Shown: in pieces, positions 35,301 to 46,631 of the stretch
Position numbering within the stretch: the stretch's first letter is position 1
How the letters are laid out: each line of letters starts with the position of its first letter
Notes under the pieces: model-generated
Database searches by the model: none
Told to the model about the DNA's origin: nothing
Seen by the model: the letters and a program-made list of their open reading frames with translations, nothing else
Assembly: GCA_000708835.1 (NCBI GenBank)
Contig: DF237465.1
Coordinates: 1,227 to 65,226, forward strand
From: Klebsormidium nitens
Lineage: Eukaryota > Plantae > Klebsormidiophyceae
DNA: 64,000 nt
Direction of reading: 5' to 3'
Translations under genes and position numbers: made by a program

Positions 35301-38300
35301 TGGGGTTGGCAACATACGCTACGAGGACACGCCCGAACAGCAGCGACCTTCAAACCGCCGAAAGCGGTTTCTGAGCGAAATCCAATGTCAAGGAGAAACT
35401 TTTAAACGCTGTTGAAAGGTGCAGCAGCCCTGTAACGATTCAAACCCTAGAGCTTTCAAAGCTCAGGACAGCAGGGTCCTCACTCGCGCTTCCTCTTGAT
35501 GACCCGCCCGAACCTGGACGTACTGGGCGCTTCCTCGCCCGTCCGCCGCCGCCTTCCGGACCCTCCGGACGATTCCCCGCCGTCCGAGAGCCCCCGCCCC
35601 CGGCGAGACGACGGGCGCAGACCTCTTCGGGTGGCCCGCGCAATGCCGCTGCCGTCGTCGTCACTATCGGAAATCGACCCTGCAAAGAGAGAGAGTTTAC
35701 ATATCCAAATGATAAGCTGCACGAAGAATGAGATCAAAGCAAAGTGGGAACGACAAAATATAACAGGACGGGCGCAGGCCTCTTTGGGTGGCCCGCGCAA
35801 CGCCGCTTCTGTCGTCGTCACTATCGGAGACCGATAAAACCACAGCGTGATGCCTGGTAAGTTGCGCGTTTCTCTTCCTCGATTGCGCCCCAAGGATTTG
35901 GCGGACGGACACGATCTACGTCGAAACGCAAATTTTGCTCTCAGACAGACCTCCAAACTTACTCAATTCTGGTTAGTGAATTCTTACCCGAATCGTCATC
36001 CTCGTCTCCCTCCTCCACGTCCCCCTCAAAGTCGTCTCGGAAGACAGTCGGCTGGCGGGGCGGCTGCGAGAGCGGGGGCGGCAGCGGCGCGGGTTCCAGG
36101 CGGGGCCCGTCTGCGTGGTGGCTGGTCCACACGTGGTGGCGGAGCGGCTGCGATGCGGCGGCTTGCGCGGCAAAGATCACCTGGGGGGTGGGCATCCTGC
36201 AGAACACATGGCACAGGAATTTAAACATTCAGTATTGGTGAGAATGGAAGAAGGGCTACATCGACGCAGTATTCCTGACATTCCAGTTCAATGGAGGCCA
36301 GCAGCGGAGTGCAATTCAAAGGACTAGGGAGTAGGCAACCTGCATAAAGTTGGCATGAAAAGTTATTGAGATCAGAACTAAACACGAAAGGATGCTGAGT
36401 CGGAGGTTTATCAACCTGTTAATTCATGTCTTGATAAGCTCCGACAAAATCCAGCGGCGAGATTTGAGAAGCGGAAGCCAGCGCCAGGAGTCGACCTGGG
36501 AGTGGGGCATCCTGGACCCTAAAAAAGCGAACACTTGACAAGATGGATTGGAGCGTCAAGATGGTCGGAAAAGTTTTCTGCAAATGATGAATGTCTTCTC
36601 GTCTGAAGTAGAAGCCCGATCGACCCTCCATACCCACCTCGCCATCGGCACGGGCAGCTCCGCCGCGAGCAGCGCCCCCGCGCCCCCGAACGCGCGCGCG
36701 CGCTCCGCCTGGTACGCGCTCTGCCACGGCTCCGGGTACGGCTCCATCTGCGCGTTGCACAGCGGGTCCTGGAGGTTGCGCAAGTGGACCGGGATGTCCA
36801 TCGTGACGTCTTGCACGTAGCCGTTGACGTCTTCCGCCGTCTCCAGGTAGTCGCCCAGGAAGAACTGGTCGGGGGCCGCGGTGCGGTGCTGGCCGGGCGA
36901 GCCGGTGGCGTAGTAGTACACCTCGCCGATCTGCACGACAGAACGAAGTCCGTTTCGGTACTCGGATTTTAGAAAGGCTTTCGTTATGTCGAAGTTTGTT
37001 TTCGTCTATTTTGTCTGGGGGTCTGGATCCATCCTCCGTATAAGATGTGACACAGATTGCGAACACCCCAAAGGAACCATCTGCCACAGGTAGATGCTGT
37101 TACTGATGATTGTAAGGAAGTAAAGCAAGGGTCAGGGTTCGCTTGATCGTCCGGTCCTAGTTTGGGTTGGGGGCGGTATGGAAGCTGAAAAGGAAAGGGA
37201 GACGAAGGAAGGAAAAGGGAGAAGTTCAATCAGCCCACATCCTGTTCTTAAACTCCTACTCCTACTCCTAACACTATGACGGAAGAGCAACGAAAATTAG
37301 TCTTAATGACGCGTCTTCCAACGAGCGCTTTAAGTATATGGGAGCGCCAGCGACTAGGAGCGGAGTGCGGAGACCCAACCACTCACCAGAAAAACAAATG
37401 CTTTTCATCAGAGACAATTGCAGACGACCAGAAGCAATGTCAGGAGAAGGAAGAGACAAACAAGAACAGAATCCAACGCCCACAAGCCTTTGAGCCGAGC
37501 ACCACTCGCAAGCAGATCGTACAGGCGACAACAAAATAACGAAGGCGCGACACAAAACGGACAGGTATTGGAGAGAAAAGCCGTAGGGGCGGACGTCAAC
37601 ACCTCGTTGGACGCAATGATCGCGGTCCCGTCCGGCGAGAAGCGCGCGTCGACCAGTTCCAGCTCCGCCTGCTGGAAGGTGCGCAGCGCGCGGCCGGCCC
37701 AGAGGTCCCAGATGATCAGCCGCCCGTCGTAGCCGGCGCTGAGAGCCATACGGGGATCCGTGGGGTGCACGTCTAAGACGTACGTCGCCTGCGGAAAGAG
37801 AAAAGGAACTTTCCAGCTACGGATACCCTTCTGGTGAGTGTGGGATAGCGGGTCGGGAACGAAGCTTCCACTAGGAAAAATTAGCTGAACCAGCCTGGGA
37901 CGGGTGGGGTTAGTTTGGCGGTTTGGGGTGGGAACGGGTACGGGGCAGGTAAATCAGTGGGTTAGGTTTCTAGCAATTTAATGTAGGAGCTCACTTCTGC
38001 TAAACTGAAGGGAAATGGGTCGGGACCCTTCCAGGAAGCGCCCCGGCTTGCCGGGCGCCCCAACAGGAACCACCTCGCCTCCGTTTCCTCTTCTCGGGAA
38101 AAGCTAAAACTGTTAAGTACAACAATGAGGCCAAGCTCGTGCCGTACTCATCAACAGGGTAACCGAAGAACCGTCTGAACCTAGATGTGAAAAACGTGGG
38201 AACGCGCAAGTTGAACTTTGGCTTAAGATGGTCGGACAACTGTAATTATGGTATTGCTTCGGCGTTGAAAGGTGACCTGAAAACTCCAGCCGCCCTTTGG

Positions 38301-41300
38301 CACCGACAAGGAATGTTGTTTTATTGTCATCATGACTATATAACAATGAAAAGGGTCGTAATGGGTCGACTCCCAGCTGGTCTCTTACTCATTTGTTTTG
38401 CATGAGGGCCGCTGAAGAAAGAGCTACGAGGGGGACGAATATGAAGGCTTTTGTAACGGCTACAACCAGTGATTACCCATATCTACGTACCATACCTTCT
38501 CGACTACGTCAAGAGACGAAGTCGCGCGGTTGAAAATCTATTGCATCCTTACAACTTACCCGCTTGAGAAAACTACACTTCTGACAAAAAACTTAGCCCA
38601 CCAGTTGCGATCTCTGAATAAGATCCATGCCGCATGGTAGAAGAGACGGCGATTACATTCCGACATGTGATGCACCTGGTCCGTGCATCTGCCTTTACTT
38701 CAATGATGGACGGCGGATTTGTATCGTGACAGATACGCAACCGAGCACGCGACGATTTGCAAAAAGCTTCGATTTAGCAGAAGCAAGCTTTAGCAGAAGT
38801 AAGCTGACCAGCCTGGACGGGTGGGGTTAGTTTAGATTTCAGCGTGGGTATGGGTGCGGAGCAAGTGATTTTGTGGGTTAGGTTTTCAGTGTTAAGGTTG
38901 GAGCTACTTTTGCTAAATTCAGGAGACTATAGTTTGCCCTCACCTTAGTGTGCCCATTCAGGGAGTGCACCAGCGTGCCGTCCCGCGCGTTCCAGACGCA
39001 GATGCGGCAGTCCATGATCGCCGCCAGGACGAACCGGTTGTCAAGCGACCACACGATCATGTTCACGCCCCGGGGGGTAGGATATGGGTGGCGCGGGAGC
39101 CCCCTGACTGTGGGCGGGACGGGGGGCTCGGGGACCTTCAGCGTGTGCGTCTTGACCCAGCTCATTATCTTGCTCTGAGGAAGAAAAGAGAGTACATGCT
39201 ATTGAGTTTGATACAAGAGTCATTGAAACGAGAATTCGTGAGCATCGTTTTAACCCTGAGCCGCTTGAGGTAAACGTGAATCGCGTCATTTTCGGGAAAC
39301 ATCTTTCGAGAACAAACTTTGTAGAAGCAGCTCTTACGCTCGAGATGTGCTCAAGCAACGAGAGGCGCAACAACCAAAACGGTAGAAGTTGAAAAGTCTA
39401 GAATCTAACTTTCAAACTGGATACGGTCTACACAGTTGCGTCATAAGAAATTGCCGACTTCAAATTGCCCTTTCGTTCCAACAAAGTATCGAATATATCA
39501 CATTGTAAGAATCGGCTCCATCGATTTCGTTTTCATCACACTGTCGGACGCCTGCTCAAAACGTTCGGTACGTGCAGACCCTTGCCAAAACGGCACTGAT
39601 TCCTCTAAGTGCCGTGAAAAGTTTGTCCAAACTCACGTGCGTCTTCTTGGGCATCCAGATGATAGCGCTCCCGTCTTTAGAGCAGCTGACGATGTTCGCC
39701 GCGAGCGGAGCGACTTTAAATATGCGCGCACCGGCAGAGCCGTAAGAGGACGCAAGTTCTGGCGCGGTAGAGGGACCGCATCCGCTGAACTGGACGAAGT
39801 TGACCTGGTTCTCGTGGCCTGCCAGCGTGTCAATCTCGTGCATCGAGTAGAGGGGGAACAACTCGGGGAGCGTGGGCGTCGACCAGACCTGCAAAGAGAT
39901 GGTTCCGGTGTCTTTCGTCCTGTCCATACTTTGTGCTTCGTTTATCCTTTACTCTTGTCTCCTGTCCGTGTTGTTTGCTTGCCTCAGCCATAGATTTTGT
40001 CTCGTCATTGATAGGTTGCCAGATAGCTGCGGATACTCGAATGGGCTCGCCCGAGTTGACAAATTCGAGCGATTCTGCCAATTGAGCGGTGCTTTTCCCA
40101 TATAGCTAGAATTTGGAACGGTGTTGAAAGCTGTTATCTGTCGTTGTGAGCGCATGGCTGGCAACTAACGGAGCAGAACCACTCAACCGACTCCCCAAAG
40201 GGTATTGTGGTGAACGGACCCAAGAGACTGTAATTGCAGCCAACTGTTGAGAAGCGCAAGCTTGATCTCGGAGGACTTTCTTCCAGCCCACCTTTTCAAA
40301 ACTCTCAGGCAGTAAACCATGAAGCCCTCCAAAAGTTCTCAAGCAAGACAGTGACTGTCTCCGCCCCTCAAAACAAGTTCCTCGGTCCTGGCAAGGCACA
40401 CCAACCTTCAATCTTAAGCACGACTACTCTAACTAGGGTAAAAGCGCCACCAACGCTTTTGAGATGGGCCCATATGACAAGCCAGCATGGTGTCTCACCC
40501 TGGCCATCTTGTCAGTGCTTCCAGTCACAAAGAAGCGCCCGTCCGGGTTGTAGCTCGCCGCCAAGATCTCGTCCTTGGCAGCCGTTTTGGCCTTCTCTGC
40601 ACCTGGCAGCGGTTTCGGGATGTATACCTGCGGCTTCACCTTGGAGCTGCGGGCGTCCCAGATGCGGCACGTGTTGTCTTCGGACGCCCTGCAGCGTCCG
40701 AACATATGCCTTTAGCGTCCAAGATTGTTCAGAAGTGGAACTAGAGAGTAAGAAGCTTGAAACATATTGCTAGGTCTCCCTTTTGGGGGCCTTGGATGGA
40801 TTGCACTGCACAAAGACGTTCGATAGCGCTAGAACGATAGAACAATTAAAGTGAGAAAACATTGGTAAGCTTTCTGACCAAGCTCTTCTGTTAGTAATCA
40901 CTTCCAGAATGGGAACAAAGCCTAGCTGCGCCGATTGCTGGCCCGCTAAGAAGATGATAAAGAAAAAAAAAACAGAATGCAAATCAGGAGGTCAAAGAGG
41001 GTCGTATCAACAGCAGAAAGCTTTGATTTTGCCAGCAAGCGCAGTACATGCAGAAAGAACGTTGGACACTCGCCTCTACTACTTCAACAATTTAAACGGT
41101 GAACGAGGAAGGGCAGCTTACGAGAGCAGCTGGTGCTCAAAGCCAGGGCGGGGGCTGAACTGGACCGCTGTCACCGGGTTGGCATGCCCTTTCAACACGG
41201 ATATTGGGTTGCCAAAGGGAAGAGACCATATGCGAATGGAGTGGTCGTTGGAGCCAGACGCCACGAACTTGTTGTCAGCGGACACGGTGAGATCCGTGAT

Positions 41301-43348
41301 GTCGCCCTGCGGTCTCAACCGGAACAGGAGTCAGATCCGTTGAAAAGTGGGGCCAGGTGAGATAAAGAGGGCAACAAAAGTAGAAAACTTACAAACGGAA
41401 GTTCTTTGGTAATGTGTGTGGTGACAATTGAATTCACCACTGCGTCGCCTGCATCAACGTCTAGAATCGACAGAGCTCATCATTGTCAAATGGTGACGTT
41501 AATAATCTGTAACAAACTCAACTCGCTGGCAGGCAAAGAAATCTAGTTGCATGCTAGAACTTCTGAAGAATCGTCGAGAAAACCTTTTGAGGTTTTCACC
41601 GTCGGGACATGAAAAGGGTGAGGACAATGCGAGGCCCGGGCCCGACTCACCGTGTGGCCCCTACACGTGCGCAGCAAGATCCCGGTGTTCATGCTCCATA
41701 TTTTCACCAGAAAGTCGTCCGAGCCTGTCACCACGAGCCTCCCGCTGCGGTCGAACACCGTGCAGTACACAGCGTTCCGATGGCCCCTCAGAGTGGACAG
41801 ACGCTCCATCCGTTCCACCAGCAGCGCAGGGTGCCCTAGAGCGTACTCCCCCGCCTTCCGAGCAGGCAACCGGTTGGTGGGGCCTGAGAACCCTCCCCCG
41901 ATCTCTCTCAGCATCATCCCTAGCACGTGCCCTGCTTGGCTGTTAGGCCATCGAAGCCACTTGGGTAAGGGCTTCTGCTGGAGAGAAGCAGCGCGCTCCT
42001 TCTCGAGAAGCGAGAAGGGGCCCGTACCGAGGATTGTGTTTGCACTGGCAACGGTGAGGGTTCGCTCGTGGGGGCTGTCGGGGGGGCTGTGGTCGGCCGC
42101 GGTGGTGTGCATCAGCTGAAGGAGTAGCCTGCGCAGGTGGTCCTGGCTGATGCTGGGATGCCTGTGGGGGAGGAGGAACTTCCAAGTGAGGGCAAAGCTC
42201 GTACCCTGTCACAAGCCTGGTCGTACCCCCTCAATTGCTGATTGACTTGGTCAGCGGAGTCTCGTCACACAAAAATCGCGGCAAAGCCTACAGCGTTGAA
42301 ATCAGTCTTGGAGCCTGCTCAACATGGCCCTGCAGATCCCACCACTCGGATCCAACAGCTAGCGAGAATATTATTTTTTGCTCTGGGCTATTGGGTCGGA
42401 GATGTTATTCGCAACACTGTCGTAGTGTCCAATGTGCATACCTTCCATCAAAAAGTGGACGTCCCGTAGTTCCCACCCTATCATTCACGAGATATGACAA
42501 GAAGATGCAAACCTCAAATACAGAACCGATTCAAGCCGGATTTACTGCAGCAAGACAAATGCTGCATCAACCAGGTAGAATGACCATTCAAGTGCAGCAA
42601 GTCTGCAAAATTGACAACATCCCTCAGATGGAAACGCAGAAAGGAATACTGAAGTGGTGAATGCCAACATCAGACCTCCTGAGCAGCCCACGCACACAAA
42701 ATGTATGTTACTGGGTGCTGAAGCTCTTTCCATGGCTTTTCCCCACGGCTCAAAACCTCTCAGCATCATGCAAGCTTTTCACTCCTAAAAAGGTCGAGAT
42801 GCTGGGCGCAAGGGACGTTTAAGGTCAGCCTGTCCAAGAATGAACATACTCATGCTATTTTTCACTTGCCAAGAATCTCAAACAACATCAGACGATTGTT
42901 AACATAAAGCAATCGCTCTCTTCGCTTCCATTCGCCCTCGACGCCACCTCATTTGACAGTTTCAGTTATTGAGCTCTGTCGATTTTTATTTGGACCTGCC
43001 ATCTTACCTTGCAGCCACCTCCTCGTAAGACACCGAAAGCGTCCTCCCATTATCGCCCACCAGCTCTGACGGCTGCCCGCTGCTGCTGTGGAAGGCATGG
43101 CCGCGGCGTGGCAGAAGGTCGTGCTCTCTAAGCTCCTGCTTCAACAACTCTGCAGCTTTGACACACGGGCCAGCAGACAGGAAGTGTGCCACCAAAAAGT
43201 ACACTTCTCGCATGTCAATGAAAGGAGCTGCGTTCCTGATGGGACTAACTTGAACTGACGCACTTGGTGGACGAGTTGGGGGCTGCTTCGCAAGAGCTGC
43301 AGGCGCGTTCTGAATCTTCTTGTACGGCACCCCTTGGTTCCCAGCCAT
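32360..43348 (-). CDS. BRWD/PHIP-like WD40-repeat protein, 11 exons, about 1678 aa if a 1-bp frameshift near 34544 is corrected
   Basis: Exons 43348-43008, 42161-41651, 41306-41122, 40688-40499, 39888-39637, 39174-38944, 37788-37603, 36930-36638, 36196-35988, 35679-35484, 34801-32360. N-terminal DMREVYFLVAHFLSAGPC...HDLLPRR, LRGHRNAVYC and GVNMIVWSLDNRFVLAAIMDCRICVWN match my recollection of plant BRWD/PHIP proteins. Several WD40 repeats. The C-terminal 721-aa ORF is G/P/Q-rich. Confidence 0.85.
37871..38004. mobile_element. Short dispersed element, copy A (G-rich core, degenerate inverted arms), in BRWD intron
   Basis: Core acgggtggggttagtttggcgg...gggttaggtttctag starts at 37900; right arm agctcacttctgctaaa at 37988-38004; left arm decayed. 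Confidence 0.55.
38773..38917. mobile_element. Short dispersed element, copy B (G-rich core, TTTAGCARAAGT(A)AGCT arms), in BRWD intron
   Basis: Left arm tttagcagaagtaagct (38789-38805, itself tandemly duplicated from 38773), core from 38817, right arm agctacttttgctaaa (38902-38917). Confidence 0.65.
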
Positions 43349-43635
43349 GTTTGATGCAAGTGACGCAAACTTCCTTTAACTAGCTTTCAATCATGCAAAC
43401 AAGCTTGGCCTCGACATGTTTCCGCTCATGGGATAAGAACGTTAACAGATAAACCCCAACGCATTTCGAGGCTTGCCGCAGCGCCAGAACGTTTTCGAGG
43501 CTTCAACAACTCAGCGTCCAGCATCCGCCATTCTTGAAGGAAAGAAGCGTCTAGGAACTACAGAAACGTTGTCCTCAATTCGAGACCCGAACTCAGAGCA
43601 GGCCTGCACGAGCATGCGTCGTCTCAATAACCATG

Positions 43636-43806
43636 AACTTTAATAGTAATAAGGATCTTAAGGTACTGAAAGTACTGGATTTCCGACTTAACCAACACTA
43701 AAACCCTAAGGACAAAATGACTCGCTCCGCACCCGAACCCACCCTAACCACCAAACTAACCCCACCCGTACTCGTGTACCTTAAGTTCCTTATTACAATT
43801 AAAGTT
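43636..43806. mobile_element. MITE-like element, copy C (31-bp inverted arms around the G-rich core)
   Basis: aactttaatagtaataaggatcttaaggtac (43636-43666) versus the reverse complement of 43776-43806: 29 of 31 identical. Core is on the minus strand. No clear target-site duplication. Confidence 0.8.
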
Positions 43807-44424
43807 TATCCCTATTCGTCATCTCTGTAATCCTGTACTAGCCTAGTCGGACTCGTAGAGTTTAGAGAGTACTAGAGACTGATTCTGAAGCTGCGACTCG
43901 CGACTCGCGAGCACCTTTTCGAAAGAAGCTGATTCAAACTCGACAAGGTTCGAACTGGAGCACGATTCCCGCCAGTTTTGTACCGGGCACAAAACAGCTC
44001 CCGAGTACTTCGGCATTGGCCGGGGGGGGAAAACGTAGATCGATCGAATAGACGGCCAGGCCGGGTTGTTGTTTTCACCGGCCCCGCTCGGCCTTCGGAG
44101 CTTCCGAGCCCTGACCGGGGCAACCCAGCGCCGGGTGCCGACTAGGTTCGAGGTGGCCCGGCTGGTCAACTGAAATTTTGAATCCTTTAGTGGTACCGGT
44201 ACCTACGTAGGCTAGGTAGGGTACCGCAAGCCCAGTACCGTACCGTGTACGTTTTAAAGACCGGTATGTACCGCGGCAAGAGAGAAGGCTGCAATACGGC
44301 GTCGGTAGGTAGGTACCTGGCAATGCGCTGCATGATTTTGAAGAAGACGCGCTGCTCTTCTCCATTGCTCCGCTTTGCTGGATTTGATTTCTGAAGGGAG
44401 CCAAAGCGTTGAACTTGAAGGACC

Positions 44425-45696
44425 ATGGCCAGGGAAACGTCAATCGATGATTTGCCGGAAGGTATACTGACAACCATATTTGAATTCAAGCTGCGCACCA
44501 TGGAGGAGATGATGACCCTCAGTTGCGTCTGCAAAAAGTGGAGGAGTGCGGCATTGCAGACAAGATACTTGTCTGTAGAGTCCAAGTATCTAGAAGAGCC
44601 AGAAAGTCCTTTTACAAAAGTACTGCTCCTTGATTTACTAGCCAAGTATACAATGCTGGAAGACGTCGAATTTGATGTGACCGAATTGGATGCCCCTTTC
44701 CTTTGGGCATTCCTGAGGGGGAGGGACAGACTGACAAGGTTCACTTTTGAAGGAGGGCACCTCGATTTCGACAGCTCCGCTGCCCTTTTCTCAATGCTCA
44801 TGCTTCTGCCAAAGTTGAGACAACTCAAAATCAAAGGACTGTCCTTAAATGCGGGCGTGCTAGAGCAGAGACGAAACAGGTCTTTCGAGTCTCTTCAACA
44901 GATCCATATGAGTACTTTCTTCATCTCCCAAGCTGATCTGGACTCCTTGATGTCTCAGTGCCCCAGTCTGCTTAAATTGACTCTCATACAGGCCACTCTG
45001 GAAGTGGATGTCATAGAGGACCTCTACATCCGATCGCTTTTGCTAGAAGAACTAGAGTTCCGTCTAGCTCGCGGTACGGTCGAGCTGTACATCGACACCC
45101 CATCCTTGAAGTCTGCCGCATTGGGTTTGAACAACTATGGGAGTGCAGTATTTCTGGCGCACCGGTTGATGTCCCTTGATCTACACGCCTGCAAGCTAAT
45201 AACAACAGCAGGGTCCTTTTCAGGGGTGAAGAACCTAACATGGGGCACCGCATGGGGGCCTAAAGGTGTTGTCAGTATAAGCTGGGACAGCCTTGTTGGT
45301 CTGCTTAATCAGATGATTGGGCTAGAGTTTTTGTCTCTCTCTTGCAACAACGTCAGCATGGGAGCAACAGGTGCTCGTGCTGGCATTAGCCAGTTTTTTG
45401 AGGGTTTGGGAAACCTTACAGAACTTCATGTTGAAGGAGCCTGGTTTTTCCGCACGCTGGTAAAATCAACCCCACGGAAGGAGCAGCCACTTAAGCTTGA
45501 CACTCTGGACATTGAGCTGCCCAAGCCTCTCCCCCATCGTTGCATCAGCCATGTCAATTGGCTGCTATGTAGCAGCCCAAACCTTGAGTATCTGACCATC
45601 TTCACTGAGGCCAAAAGCCAAGCCCTGACCAGGCTTGTCTCCGCTTATCGGAAGGATCACCCAGATGTCCAAGTTGACTTTGAGCTAGAAGATTAG
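44425..45696 (+). CDS. F-box/LRR (RNI-like) protein, single exon, 423 aa
   Basis: Uninterrupted ORF with N-terminal F-box pattern IDDLPEGILTTIF...LSCVCKKWR followed by LxxLxL-type repeats. Confidence 0.85.
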   Translation: MARETSIDDLPEGILTTIFEFKLRTMEEMMTLSCVCKKWRSAALQTRYLSVESKYLEEPESPFTKVLLLDLLAKYTMLEDVEFDVTELDAPFLWAFLRGRDRLTRFTFEGGHLDFDSSAALFSMLMLLPKLRQLKIKGLSLNAGVLEQRRNRSFESLQQIHMSTFFISQADLDSLMSQCPSLLKLTLIQATLEVDVIEDLYIRSLLLEELEFRLARGTVELYIDTPSLKSAALGLNNYGSAVFLAHRLMSLDLHACKLITTAGSFSGVKNLTWGTAWGPKGVVSISWDSLVGLLNQMIGLEFLSLSCNNVSMGATGARAGISQFFEGLGNLTELHVEGAWFFRTLVKSTPRKEQPLKLDTLDIELPKPLPHRCISHVNWLLCSSPNLEYLTIFTEAKSQALTRLVSAYRKDHPDVQVDFELED

Positions 45697-46631
45697 AAGT
45701 GCTTAACTTGTAAAACGTGTGAAGTCAGAATAAGTTGTAAATACAAGGTTAGGATTGCTTAGTTGCAAGAAGCTTCTTTTTCGTCTAGTCTACACGTTGG
45801 CATGCGAAATACCGTACTTCGCTGTTGCAAGCTGAGGAGCAGTCTCGTTCCTTCAATAACAAATGGAGACACAGACCTTGGTTCAAGTTTTAAAGTCTGG
45901 TGTACTTTAGCGGGACAAAGGTGGCAAAATTGTAGGAAGATACTATATTTACAAAAGGCGCTTGACATATTCAACGCAGCAGCTATGTTATATTAGTTGC
46001 TGCTGGATGTTGCATATGCATTGTCCTACGAGACACTGACCTGCCATACATAAAATGGCTATATACATTGGCCCGAGCTTGACAGGGGAAAGCCTTGGCC
46101 CGGGCTTGGCAGAGGGAAGCCTTGAACCGAATCGAGGTATCGCAAGTTGTGCATGCAAACCGGGTGCGATAGAGGACAGTCGTATCATTTTTGACCATAT
46201 GCACGTATATTGTATTGTTGTCCAAGCACTCAGCAAATAACGCATGATTTGGCTTAAGAACTGATTTTTGCGTGTACGTCAACTAGCTAATCGAACAGAG
46301 GCGGCCGACCGAAGGGAAGAAACCATATATATGAACGTATGTATAATCTGCAGGCCAATGAGTGTATATGCGGTAGGGAACTTCGAGTCTGCTCCTTTCA
46401 GCTATACAAGTTTGCAGCTATCACATTCGATCGAGCTAGGCAAGCTGTAAGTAAGAAACTTAAATAGATACATTCATCACTTAGGGTCAACCATGGCTCC
46501 ACGTACTGTATTAGAAACTCTGATTATGATCACCCGCAGCAAAACGCAACACTGACGAAAGCGATAGAGCCAACTGCCGAGAAGCGGAATAATAATCATG
46601 TGCTAGTCCGCCTTTCAATGTGCTTTGTGTT

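Noticed and set aside
43842-44146. Second MITE defined by cctagtcgg/ccgactagg inverted 9-mers
   Set aside because: 9-bp arms with no target-site duplication and no second copy in the window are too weak.
44187-44834. 215-aa minus-strand ORF
   Set aside because: Antisense to the F-box gene; no recognisable motif.
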